A DNA stretch of 56,589 nt from a phage, in the sequence record PZ445422.1. One strand, 5' to 3'. The notes beneath the pieces are model-generated. The model ran no database searches. It was not told the origin of the DNA and saw only the letters and a program-made list of their open reading frames with translations. Below, piece after piece: positions 47,305 to 56,589 of the stretch. The translations under genes and the position numbers were made by a program. Positions within the stretch are counted from its first letter, which is position 1; each line of letters begins with the position of its first letter.

Positions 47305-50300
47305 TTACGACCAACTACCAGTTCCGCGAGTCATTAATATTACAGACGGACGCAAGTAGCTTCCATAGACGTTCGTATACTCCTCCTTAACGCTTATTGT
47401 TACGCTCGACGCTGTCTTTCCTTTCACTGCTAAAGGTATGGTTACATCCATCGCAGGACCCTTAGCAGCTCGCTCAATCCTCCTTGTAATTGATGTCCCC
47501 CCTATGTTAGCAGTCACAATTATACGGCTTGCCTGATTTGATGTATATGCGGTTAAACTATAACTTAATAGCAACACAAAGTCTTTAGATAATGTTGAAC
47601 CGGATGAGTCTTTGAAAGTTTTTGTCCAGGTTCTTGAACTTGTAGTTTGTGTGTTTGGTATTGCAGACTCAGCAATGACACACATATTCGCAACATCACC
47701 CACAAAACTGGTAGCTTCCACAGTACCCTTGAATTTACCGCTTGTTGCGTTCACTGTGCCTGTGAAAGATCCGTTGCTAGCGTATACAGTACCTCTTATC
47801 GTTACGTTGTTAAACTGAGCGCTACCATTCTTGTTAATCATCCAACCCGCGCTATTGCTTGCGTAGTTTGTTGACTGAATTTGATTTGAAATTTTAGCGC
47901 TGTCAATAGTACCATTTTCAATAAACGCAGCCTTCATGAACACTTGACCGTTCTTAACAGCAAATGCTAGTTCTGCTACGCTATTTGTCGGGTTATAGAT
48001 AGCAAAGTTGTTAGCGCTTACCATGAAGTAAGACTGAACAGCTCCACCGGACCCTTCCATACCTAACTGGATACCAGCAACGTATTTTTGCCCTTTACTA
48101 TCTACCTGTACTTTAGCACCCCATTGAGCGTTAACATTACCTTCCAGATCTACAACTGCTTTACTTGTCTCCTGCACGGTCGCGCTAACCGTTTCAATAG
48201 TCTTACCTTGAGTGTCAATCAACTTACCCTGTGCATCGATGAGCTGTCCTTGTTCATTAATGGTAACGCCCTGATCCTGAACAACACCATCCAAAGTGAT
48301 AACGCTTTGTTGAACATTGCTAACGCTTTGACTTAAACGCTGTTCAGTTTCTACCACAGTTTGGCTAAGCTGAGTAACTCCATCTTTAACGCCTGTGATT
48401 TCAGTAGTAAGCTCTTTGTAAGTCTCCGTCTTCTTAAACTCAGAATCAATTTGTGGCATCAAATCTGTAGCTGTCGTAAAGCACAATGCAGCTACTTCTA
48501 CAAATGCGGAAGATCCGAAAGCGTTAATAGTGCGCACATACCAGTAATAAGTGTGGTCATTCTTCAAACCTTCCGAAGTCCAGGTTGTGCCCATACCTTT
48601 ACGAGTTGCTTCACGCTCAACAACGTCTGTAGACACGGAAGACAACCTTGTTTCACCGGACGTCCAGAAATCATATTGTGTGCTAACGTTCGCAATATCC
48701 GCAGATTTTGGGATCAAACTTATAGCAAAGTAACCCTGTTGTACTTCAACAGATGTTGGTGGTGGCGGAGCCTGAATATTAAATTGAAGATACGCTTCCG
48801 GCGATATTGCCCCGCTATAAGCTACCGCTTGAACATGCGCTGTATACGCGCCACGCAGCAGCCCAGTAACGCGAACGTTTTGGCCAGGGACTTGTGCGGT
48901 CCAAACCGTTGTACCTCCCTGTCGCACGGCTACGCGGTTATATGCCACCTGTCCAATATTACTCCACGTTAAAACACCCTGCACAACATCGCTGATCTGC
49001 AATATCTGATACTGAAGGTTTTGCGGTTGGGCAATAGCACCAGACGGAAGGTCTACCAGATCCGGGCGCTCCATTGGTTTACCAATAGCGTCGTCCCACA
49101 TTTCCAGGAAGTCTTGACGAAGGACAAGATTAATCCCACCTTTAGGATCGAATGACCATTTAGTAACGCGCATCTCAACGTTTTTCATTCCGATATTTGA
49201 AATGGTTACGTTGACATACATGCCGGGGCGGAATTTATACCCCTTCATGTTACACGGCACTTCAATTGTTCGACCAACACGCTTACGACGTAAAATAATA
49301 TTAGCAAGACGTTGAGCTTGATATTCACTTGTAACAAAGCGGAAATCCATGTCTTGCGTTATTTCACCGCCATCTTTTTCCACCCATTCCTTAACCACAA
49401 CTGGAGGGAAATCTGCTTCAGCGTATGTTTGCTTCGGGTCGACGAATGTACCTGTAATGGTATTGGTACGCTCTTTATAAGACGTCTCAGGGATTATTTT
49501 AATATCCCCAGCAATACAGCTTTCATCCAAAGTCATGGTAGCTGGGCCGTAATAAGCACCAACTAACAGACCATGCTTGCCGCCAATATAGGTAAGCTCC
49601 CCGCCGCAAGCTTCAAGCATAGCATCAAGGATTTTGGCAGGTGCTTCATCCACTTCAAACTCACCGTTAATGCGGTAGCGTCTTTCCGTAGTGTTATCTG
49701 CGTTAGTAACAAACTCATCGCAGATGTTAGCAGCTTCCTTGAATTGGTCCCAGTTAATATTCTCGTCCTTGCGCTTTAAATACGTGCGGAAATAATCAAG
49801 AATAACAAGAGCAGCGTTATCGCTAAAGACAGTTTGACCGGAACGTGGGTCATAGACTCTACGCCCCTTTTTCAACACCTTGACGTTTGGCAAACCAGAT
49901 GGGAATTTTTCAGCATCAAACTTTAAGCTTAAACGTAGCCATGCAATACCCTTGCCAATCATATCCTCCTTCCAGGAAGGACAATGTCTTAACATGAATG
50001 GGTCAACAGTCTGACGGTCGTTATGAAACTCCCAAGTAGCGTTTTCACCAAACCAATCAATTCCGTCATCACCCAACCAAATCGTTTCAATACCTTCCAA
50101 TTTATGACTAGCAAGAACAACAACAAGATGCATCCATTCACCTTCATCTTGATCTCCAGCTTCTTCCTCCGCAAATGCTAATAGTCCGGACGCTACGGTC
50201 GTGCCATATACAACAGAACGTGACGCTGTAGCTGCACGCAGGACCTGTTTACGTTCTTGCTGACCCTTGTAAGCATCAAAGTTCATATTTGGTGTCTTAG

Positions 50301-50439
50301 TCAAAAGAGCACCTGCTGCGGTTGCAGCAATACCGATAACGAGAGCGGTAGTAGCTGAAATAATACTAGCCGCAGCAGCAGCCGACGCACCTAAAGCTAT
50401 CGCTGCTCCAATTATTGCTGGTGGCATTAGACCCTCCAA
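47305..50439 (-). CDS. tail tip / central fibre protein (lambda J-like host specificity protein)
   Basis: 1044 aa; follows K/L/M-like genes in lambda order; beta-rich C-terminal region. Confidence 0.6.
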   Translation of the reverse strand: MEGLMPPAIIGAAIALGASAAAAASIISATTALVIGIAATAAGALLTKTPNMNFDAYKGQQERKQVLRAATASRSVVYGTTVASGLLAFAEEEAGDQDEGEWMHLVVVLASHKLEGIETIWLGDDGIDWFGENATWEFHNDRQTVDPFMLRHCPSWKEDMIGKGIAWLRLSLKFDAEKFPSGLPNVKVLKKGRRVYDPRSGQTVFSDNAALVILDYFRTYLKRKDENINWDQFKEAANICDEFVTNADNTTERRYRINGEFEVDEAPAKILDAMLEACGGELTYIGGKHGLLVGAYYGPATMTLDESCIAGDIKIIPETSYKERTNTITGTFVDPKQTYAEADFPPVVVKEWVEKDGGEITQDMDFRFVTSEYQAQRLANIILRRKRVGRTIEVPCNMKGYKFRPGMYVNVTISNIGMKNVEMRVTKWSFDPKGGINLVLRQDFLEMWDDAIGKPMERPDLVDLPSGAIAQPQNLQYQILQISDVVQGVLTWSNIGQVAYNRVAVRQGGTTVWTAQVPGQNVRVTGLLRGAYTAHVQAVAYSGAISPEAYLQFNIQAPPPPTSVEVQQGYFAISLIPKSADIANVSTQYDFWTSGETRLSSVSTDVVEREATRKGMGTTWTSEGLKNDHTYYWYVRTINAFGSSAFVEVAALCFTTATDLMPQIDSEFKKTETYKELTTEITGVKDGVTQLSQTVVETEQRLSQSVSNVQQSVITLDGVVQDQGVTINEQGQLIDAQGKLIDTQGKTIETVSATVQETSKAVVDLEGNVNAQWGAKVQVDSKGQKYVAGIQLGMEGSGGAVQSYFMVSANNFAIYNPTNSVAELAFAVKNGQVFMKAAFIENGTIDSAKISNQIQSTNYASNSAGWMINKNGSAQFNNVTIRGTVYASNGSFTGTVNATSGKFKGTVEATSFVGDVANMCVIAESAIPNTQTTSSRTWTKTFKDSSGSTLSKDFVLLLSYSLTAYTSNQASRIIVTANIGGTSITRRIERAAKGPAMDVTIPLAVKGKTASSVTISVKEEYTNVYGSYLRPSVILMTRGTGSWS

Positions 50440-50861
50440 ATATCCGTAATTTTGATCTTATTAAGCGGGAATGTTTCCACACCGTTCGGACCCATAGCCC
50501 ATACATATCCAGTCCATAATATGCCAGCAGTTAAGCCCAATGCTCCCTCAAATGTAACCACATCGCCTCTTTGCGCATAGTTCTTGTCAACTCGTTCTCT
50601 GAGGTAAGTATCCAATAACAATGGAAGGTAAGCGGTTCCAACTCTTTCAATAGTGAACTTTTTACTTCCAAGCTCGGTACTATATTTTCCAGCAACTTGT
50701 TCGTAGATATTTGTGCCGTATTGCGCATCAACACATTTAGCCGCGAAGGTGCAGCAATCATTTTCACCCCAAGAAAAAGGAGTCGATGACAACTCCTTTA
50801 CTGTGGTTAATAAACGTGTCTGCCAGCCCGGCAACTTACTCATAGGAGAACCCTGGCGCAT
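50427..50861 (-). CDS. tail assembly protein, lambda K-like (NlpC/P60-type Cys motif)
   Basis: ATG at 50861 with GGGGGAG RBS (internal start of track ORF); NDCCTFAAKCVD resembles the NlpC/P60 catalytic Cys block. Confidence 0.45.
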   Translation of the reverse strand: MRQGSPMSKLPGWQTRLLTTVKELSSTPFSWGENDCCTFAAKCVDAQYGTNIYEQVAGKYSTELGSKKFTIERVGTAYLPLLLDTYLRERVDKNYAQRGDVVTFEGALGLTAGILWTGYVWAMGPNGVETFPLNKIKITDIWRV

Positions 50862-51420
50862 CTTTCTTACTCCCCCAAAAGATTGAACGTTCAGCCATTT
50901 GTGCAATGTATCTAAAGAAACGGTCGCCTGGATATAAACGCTGTTGACTTTCATCTGTATAGCGATCCGGTAAACCTTGTGACCAACGCTCAAACACGTT
51001 GGAAATAACATAACTCAAGGCATTCTGTTGACCTGCTTGTAATGCGGTGTCTGTAATAAAACCTTCAAATAAAATATTAGCAGCAATGACATTTCCTTGC
51101 TCGTTCATTACTGCAATATAGCAAACAACATTACGTCCGATAACTTCTTCGTTTAATGTCTCCCCAACAAGACTCATGTCCAGACCGCTAAGCGCCATGG
51201 ACATTGTGCTGGAGCTAGTGCTGTTTTCCTCAGTCACGGACCCAACGTCCCCAAGAGTACCAACACCCAGGAAAGTCTGACCATTAATAACAACAACCCC
51301 TGTCCCAGTATGCACACGCGTTACACCAGAAGGAAAGTCAATCTCCGCAGCAAGAACCAGGCTAACATTTGATTGCTCCATTGCGTCAAGAAGCGTATCG
51401 CTGAAAGGACTGAATAGCAT
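50836..51420 (-). CDS. minor tail protein, lambda L-like
   Basis: 194 aa; position between M-like and K-like genes. Confidence 0.45.
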   Translation of the reverse strand: MLFSPFSDTLLDAMEQSNVSLVLAAEIDFPSGVTRVHTGTGVVVINGQTFLGVGTLGDVGSVTEENSTSSSTMSMALSGLDMSLVGETLNEEVIGRNVVCYIAVMNEQGNVIAANILFEGFITDTALQAGQQNALSYVISNVFERWSQGLPDRYTDESQQRLYPGDRFFRYIAQMAERSIFWGSKKDAPGFSYE

Positions 51421-52004
51421 TAGAACGCCTCCGAGAATTTTAGAGTGAATGAATTATTAAAAGCTGGTTGACGCTTAACCCCGTTAGTATTTTCCGCTAA
51501 CCGGAAAGCCCCTTGTGGCTTTTGAGTTTCGATTTTAGCCCCATTCGGTGGAATAGTCCTTAGCATCGGGGCGATATTTAATATCACGTTGCCAGAAGAA
51601 TCGCTCCAAGCATCCTCGGTTATTAATTTTAATTCATTGTTTACTGCAATGTAATCCCCTTCCCATAAAACCTTTCTATTAGGCGTCCAACCTTTAGTTG
51701 ATAAAGTTGTCCCTGTATTGTTTGCACCGTTAACCACAGGTGATCCAATCGGTGCGCGTCCCCAACGACCAAAATCTTGAAGCATAATTCGACCAGCTTT
51801 ACCATCAAGCTTAGCTAATGTTGATTCGAGCTTTCTGGATTGCCAGTCATTTAAATTACTAAATGTCAACGTTGCTTCCCATCGTGATCCAGGATAGGAC
51901 ACAGTTTGGGAAGCCCCATTGAAGGGGCTTGTAAATTCTACAGAGTTTGAAACTAGATACCATTCCATCTCAGACGGTCTAATTTCTTCGGGCCAAGTGA
52001 GCAT
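51420..52004 (-). CDS. minor tail protein, lambda M-like (distal tail)
   Basis: 194 aa; immediately downstream of tape measure gene. Confidence 0.45.
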   Translation of the reverse strand: MLTWPEEIRPSEMEWYLVSNSVEFTSPFNGASQTVSYPGSRWEATLTFSNLNDWQSRKLESTLAKLDGKAGRIMLQDFGRWGRAPIGSPVVNGANNTGTTLSTKGWTPNRKVLWEGDYIAVNNELKLITEDAWSDSSGNVILNIAPMLRTIPPNGAKIETQKPQGAFRLAENTNGVKRQPAFNNSFTLKFSEAF

Positions 52005-52007
52005 ATA

Positions 52008-55000
52008 TTACCCCATTGCAGTTCTACGAATTGTTCCTCGGGATGCAAAGTCATTAAGAACTTTATTATATCCCTGCTCAGCGCCATCACGGGCCGCTTT
52101 TTGCATGGCTTGTGTGAGTGCTGCATCGCCATTTCCTTGCACCGTGATATACTGAACAATGCTAACACCACCGGACATATTCACGCCACCTTGTTGTGAA
52201 GCTTGGCTATCCAGGAAGCGATTTAACTTGTCATTAGACGGAGCATTAAGTACACGTTCACCCTTATCCAGCAACCATGTACCTTCACGCGGAACGTTAT
52301 CAATACCGTCGTGAGCCATACCAGCAATCGCTAAGCCACCCACAGTAGCAGCCGAGGCGTAACCCATAGTTTTCACTATAGCCGCCATTGTTGCACCCAT
52401 CGTGGCACCGCCTTGCTGTGTACCCCATGCAAGCGCCGCAGATGCTGCCGTTTCCGTGTTGGCAAGGATTGATGGGATTTGCATTGCTTTCTGTGCTGCA
52501 AACATAGCTTTATAAAAGAAGTTCTGCTGGCTTACAGCCTGTGACAGCCCATCCATTATAATGCCTAAGGATTCCTGAGAAAAGGATATCATTCGGTTCA
52601 TAAGAACTTTATCCAGGTTTTCCCTTTCCATGCTTGCTTTTTTCAGCACTTGGGTTTTAGCATCTTCGTAAAGCTGATAGTAAGCTAAATCATCGGCTCG
52701 CTGTTTTGCATTAAGCTCTGCAATCTTTGTATTTTGCTCGTACGCGATTTTTTCATAGTCTGTCATACCTTCATCTAACAGACCCTGAGCAAATTTACGA
52801 TTCTTCTTACGCTCGTCCAGTTTCTTTTGAGCTTCTTCTGCATCGTAAATTGCAGCAGCAAGACTAACAACTTCTGCTTTTTCCGCGGCAGTTGCAGACG
52901 TATTGAGCTTGTTTAAAGCCACAGCTTGAGCTTTCGCTTTGGCGTTTTCCTTAACCCCTGTGGTTACTTCGTTAAGCTTGTTTCGTAGATCGTCAATAAC
53001 CTTAGCGTTTTGTTGATCCGCCTTAATAGCGTCTTTTGTAGCTTTAGTCCGGTTTCTCTCTGCTTCTTCAAGATCGTAGTTTTTGCCAAGAGCTTGGGCT
53101 AAATCTTGAGCATATTTAACAAGCTCTTTAGCGGACTCGCTTGTTGCCTCTGAGCTAACGTCCTGACCCATAGCTACTTTGCGAATAAGGCTTCCGTATG
53201 TATCCGCATCCTTGCCCAGCGTCTGATACAGTCCACTAAGGATTGCAGCTTGGCGAGCATTACCAGCACCCTTAACCGTGTTAACATCAATCTCACGGTT
53301 AACGTCCCCTAGTTGACCTTTAAAGCGGTCCAATACTTTTTCGTCAATCAACGGACCGGATTTAATGTTAAGGACAGCCTTCATATCCGCAGCAAGCTGA
53401 CGCGCTAGAGGGATTATTTTCTCTATAGCGGGACTTGTCATTTCAAGCACATTGTTGTAACGACGTTGAGCTTCTTCAGCACGTTCCGCAGCAAGCTTGA
53501 CGTTATCCGTAGCAATTTGTAAGTTCTTCTCGGCACTAGCTGTATCACGACCGGACGCAGCACGACGTTTTAATTGTGCTTCATAGAACTTCTGCGTTTC
53601 CGTTGCAGATTTAAGAGCAGTTTGCTCCCGCTTCATTTGCTCTTCAAGTTCGGGGAGGATTGCGCGAGCTTTAACTGCGTTAGCTGCCAACTGAGCTTCT
53701 GTCATCTGCATCAGTTTCTCGCGTACAGAATCAACACTATCCGCAAACTGATTGTTTTCCGCACGACCAGCTTCCAGCGATGCTTTATAAGAGTAAATTG
53801 CACCCGCTGCCAGCATTGCTACACCAACAGGACCGCCAATTAACCCCATAGCACCGCGCAGCACGCTCATTGCTGTAGCTGCCCGGCTTGCGGCTGGTAC
53901 AGTTGCATTAAGCGCGGCATTGAGCGCCTGCCGCGCTTGCACGTCCGCCATAATTGCCGCAGAGTGGGCACGGGTGGCATTGATAAGCGCAAGACGAGCG
54001 CCCGCTTCCGCTGCCGTACCCTTAGCAACCGCTAACGCACCGCGTGCAACCTGCAAAGATGCAAGGGAAGCAGCACGGTCCGCAGCCGCTTTTTGTGCAG
54101 TAACGCCAATGGAGCTTTGCATCACCGCCGTAGTTGCCGCAGTTTGTGCAGCTTCCATCTGAGATGCTTTTGCAGCAGCTATAGACGCTTTAGTCTTAGC
54201 AAGCATTGCCGTAATGATACGGGCGGTGATCACTGTGGCTAAAGCTGAACCAACCGTTACAACCGTTCCTAAGTTTTCGGATAATGCAACAAACGTCTGT
54301 CCCAATGCAGCGACCGCACCTTGAGTCTTTTGGGATTCGCCCATAAACTTAGTCAGGTTGTTTGTTGCAACTGTCCATTGCTGGTTGAACGTTGGCATAG
54401 TGCGGCTAAATTCTTTATCAATTGTATCCGCAGCACCAGACAACGATTTGATAACCACATCGGCTGTTAACTTGCCGCTGTAGGCCAGTTCACGCAATTG
54501 TCCAATGGTAACACCTAAAGAATCGGACAGGATTTGAGTTAAGCGCGGAGCTTGTTCTGCAACAGAGCGGAATTCATCCCCACGCAGAACACCGGATGTC
54601 ATTGCTTGCGAAAACTGAATAAGGGCAGCACTTGCTTCATGGGATGTTGCACCGGAAACAATCATCGCTTTGTTAATTGTTTCGGTAATGCGTCCAAGCT
54701 CCATCCCTGTCATACCAGTATTCTTCATCGCACGCTGGAGACGGGAGTACAGAGTTGCAGTCGCTTCTAAGCTTGTACGAGAACGCTGGGCAATATCAAA
54801 CACGCGTTGCTGCGCATCTGCAACGGTTTCATTACCCGTACGAGCCAGTTCAAGTTTGTTGGTGAGGATAGTCCAGGAGTCCGATAGCGAAATAACACGG
54901 CTAATAGTGTCAACGCTAATCATTCCTACAATTGCAGCATCCAAACGACTTGTGACAGTTGCAAGTTCGTTAGATGTGTTAGACAATGTTTTATAGCTGG

Positions 55001-55124
55001 AGGTAACACGTTGAGCAGACCGCTCCGCTGTGTCACCTGTACGCGCTAAGTTCCGCAACATAGAGTCCGCGGTACTAATCCCTCTCGCGTCAACTCTGAT
55101 TACTAGCGAAGCGGTTTCGGCCAT
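52008..55124 (-). CDS. tail tape measure protein
   Basis: 1038 aa, Ala/Gln-rich helical protein; follows chaperone genes; start overlaps the stop of the frameshift extension. Confidence 0.85.
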   Translation of the reverse strand: MAETASLVIRVDARGISTADSMLRNLARTGDTAERSAQRVTSSYKTLSNTSNELATVTSRLDAAIVGMISVDTISRVISLSDSWTILTNKLELARTGNETVADAQQRVFDIAQRSRTSLEATATLYSRLQRAMKNTGMTGMELGRITETINKAMIVSGATSHEASAALIQFSQAMTSGVLRGDEFRSVAEQAPRLTQILSDSLGVTIGQLRELAYSGKLTADVVIKSLSGAADTIDKEFSRTMPTFNQQWTVATNNLTKFMGESQKTQGAVAALGQTFVALSENLGTVVTVGSALATVITARIITAMLAKTKASIAAAKASQMEAAQTAATTAVMQSSIGVTAQKAAADRAASLASLQVARGALAVAKGTAAEAGARLALINATRAHSAAIMADVQARQALNAALNATVPAASRAATAMSVLRGAMGLIGGPVGVAMLAAGAIYSYKASLEAGRAENNQFADSVDSVREKLMQMTEAQLAANAVKARAILPELEEQMKREQTALKSATETQKFYEAQLKRRAASGRDTASAEKNLQIATDNVKLAAERAEEAQRRYNNVLEMTSPAIEKIIPLARQLAADMKAVLNIKSGPLIDEKVLDRFKGQLGDVNREIDVNTVKGAGNARQAAILSGLYQTLGKDADTYGSLIRKVAMGQDVSSEATSESAKELVKYAQDLAQALGKNYDLEEAERNRTKATKDAIKADQQNAKVIDDLRNKLNEVTTGVKENAKAKAQAVALNKLNTSATAAEKAEVVSLAAAIYDAEEAQKKLDERKKNRKFAQGLLDEGMTDYEKIAYEQNTKIAELNAKQRADDLAYYQLYEDAKTQVLKKASMERENLDKVLMNRMISFSQESLGIIMDGLSQAVSQQNFFYKAMFAAQKAMQIPSILANTETAASAALAWGTQQGGATMGATMAAIVKTMGYASAATVGGLAIAGMAHDGIDNVPREGTWLLDKGERVLNAPSNDKLNRFLDSQASQQGGVNMSGGVSIVQYITVQGNGDAALTQAMQKAARDGAEQGYNKVLNDFASRGTIRRTAMG

Positions 55125-55929
55125 TATCTTCTCCTTTTTCTTCTACCTTTATTTTGATTTTGCATTTGACTTTCCATGAGTTTAGCATTTTGTTCAGCTT
55201 CTGACACGCGCTTTTCAAGCCATAGCTGCCGCAGTATTTCGCATTCGTACGGTTGAAGATGTAAGCCCATTGTCACTTGATAGCTGTGCAATTCTGTATA
55301 ACTAAAATCTCCTCCAGTGTAGATATCATCAAATAAAGTAGATAGATATTCGAAGCAAAGCGGTATTTCCTTTTCCCGATATTCTTTAAGCTTAGGTGGC
55401 GTCTTACCAGACTGTTCCTCAACCTTTTGCAGTTGCGATAATAAAGAAGATCCCCCGCCGGGGACTTTACTATTTAGTTCCCATTGGAGGATCTTCTTAT
55501 CAATTAACTGTCTGCGCGCTTTTAGAAAAAATTACTATCTTTAGCGGCAAATACGTTAAGGTCTTCTCGAACAGTTGGATTCTCCGTTAAGAACTCAAAC
55601 ACGTTGTCAACAGTTGGTGGCTCGTCAAACGTCCAACCTGCTACAAGATTACACAGTGAACGGGTAAGGATATCTTCCTTCATAGCATCCGTTACTTCCC
55701 CGTCTTTACCCTGCATAAGTGCCAACAGTTGACGTTGTGCTTTCAATTCTGCGTCACGATACTCTGTGCAGTAGCGACTACGAATGTAGAGTTTTTCGCC
55801 AGTGTCGCCTACACCAGGAATAACCACATTCATAGGCTTAGTGTTTGCCGGATCGTTAGCCCGGCTCACAGTTTTAAAATCACGGAAGCTTTTAGCTACT
55901 GCAACTTTGCCTTTTTTGGTGTCGGTCAT
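55124..55929 (-). CDS. tail assembly chaperone, -1 frameshift-extended isoform (G-T-like)
   Basis: my translation of the -1 frame after the slippery site is open for about 133 codons and ends at TAA overlapping the tape measure ATG (TAATG). Confidence 0.55.
55522..55929 (-). CDS. tail assembly chaperone (G-like, short isoform)
   Basis: 135 aa ORF between major tail protein and tape measure gene; ends ...KDSNFF at slippery site. Confidence 0.6.
   Translation of the reverse strand: MTDTKKGKVAVAKSFRDFKTVSRANDPANTKPMNVVIPGVGDTGEKLYIRSRYCTEYRDAELKAQRQLLALMQGKDGEVTDAMKEDILTRSLCNLVAGWTFDEPPTVDNVFEFLTENPTVREDLNVFAAKDSNFF
55525..55531 (-). promoter_or_regulatory. -1 programmed ribosomal frameshift slippery heptamer U UUU UUC
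   Basis: minus-strand TTTTTTC in X XXY YYZ phase, 1 codon before the chaperone stop. Confidence 0.55.
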
Positions 55930-55938
55930 TTCTTATCC

Positions 55939-56589
55939 TTATTCTGTCGCTAAAACGCGGGTAATTTTGATGGAACTTGCGGTTGTTGGGTCCAGCAATC
56001 CGCGGTAGCCCATATTAAGCATGATATCACCTTCACCGTCAATAGGACGCGGAGCTTCAGTGAATTTCACGCGAGGGATTTCCACTGTGTATTTCTGTTC
56101 CGGATTGGTCGGGTCAATCAGATCAAACTTGATTGAAGTTTCCACTTCATTCAGATACTTCATACGCAGCTTGTTATCCAGGAAGTACACGTTAGCTGTA
56201 CCAGTTACCGCACGACGACCAGCGGACGGTTCAATGGAGAACTTAGAACCAACAACAAAGCGCGGCGCAATATCGTTTTCAACGGTAAGACCGATTTCCG
56301 TAATAACGCTGATTTCTTCGTTGTTTTCCAGCAAGCGACCGGAGAAACCATCCATCGGTGAAGTAGTCGTACGGTCTTTGATAGTTGCACCAGATGGGAG
56401 CGATTCCGCAATTTCCATCGAGCGACCAACAATACCGAATTCCACTGTGGTCATGTTTTCCGCAGACAATGAGAAAGTCATGCTATTAACTTCGCAACCG
56501 CGATAAATTGTATATTTACCTGACGGCAGATCTGCGTTATAGTCTACGAAAGTAAATGACTGACGGACAATACCGCCTTTAAGGACGTT
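55939..56589 (-). CDS. major tail (tube) protein, C-terminal part; ORF enters from beyond the window end
   Basis: reading frame open from 56589 (no stop upstream of the annotated Met at 56481); in phase with the ORF fragment 1..273. Confidence 0.5.
   Translation of the reverse strand, partial: NVLKGGIVRQSFTFVDYNADLPSGKYTIYRGCEVNSMTFSLSAENMTTVEFGIVGRSMEIAESLPSGATIKDRTTTSPMDGFSGRLLENNEEISVITEIGLTVENDIAPRFVVGSKFSIEPSAGRRAVTGTANVYFLDNKLRMKYLNEVETSIKFDLIDPTNPEQKYTVEIPRVKFTEAPRPIDGEGDIMLNMGYRGLLDPTTASSIKITRVLATE

Noticed and set aside
47612-48972. Plus-strand ORFs (up to 203 aa) inside the J-like tail tip gene
   Set aside because: Antisense to a 1044 aa gene; Cys/Phe-rich improbable products
53574-54996. 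Several plus-strand ORFs inside the tape measure gene
   Set aside because: Antisense to a long, well-supported structural gene; no RBSs

Overview
This 56.6 kb window reads as a nearly complete, circularly permuted genome of a virulent tailed dsDNA phage with a lambda-like tail module (no integrase or repressor seen). Genes fall into three blocks. Block 1 (1..16029, minus strand) carries head-tail joining genes, major capsid, scaffold, portal, large and small terminase, a lysis cassette (endolysin candidate, holin, overlapping Rz/Rz1 spanins) and an accessory set that includes an HslV-like Ntn hydrolase, a C39-like peptidase and a SLOG/DUF2493 protein. Block 2 (16507..44314, plus strand) carries early genes, a primase-polymerase, Hjc-like resolvase, dUTPase, RNase H, DNA ligase, a Sak4/SSB/nuclease/helicase recombination set, a sliding clamp and a family B DNA polymerase. 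Block 3 (44344..56589, minus strand) carries tail fiber, J/K/L/M-like tail tip genes, tape measure, tail assembly chaperone and the major tail protein. The headline feature is a complete 7-deazaguanine pathway in block 2 (FolE, QueD, QueE, QueC plus a TGT-like DpdA transglycosylase, 33968..39322), which predicts that genomic guanine is partly replaced by a 7-deazaguanine base such as dPreQ0 as an anti-restriction measure. Several unassigned ORFs sit inside that cluster and are the best candidates for undescribed components. Other notable points are a canonical -1 frameshift site in the tail chaperone, a tail fiber gene broken at an A7 homopolymer, an AT-rich iteron region (18240..19066) that looks like an origin, a fourfold CCTGGTA repeat, and two AP2-domain proteins. 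All calls rest on reading the ORF translations, motifs and gene order by eye; no database search was run.
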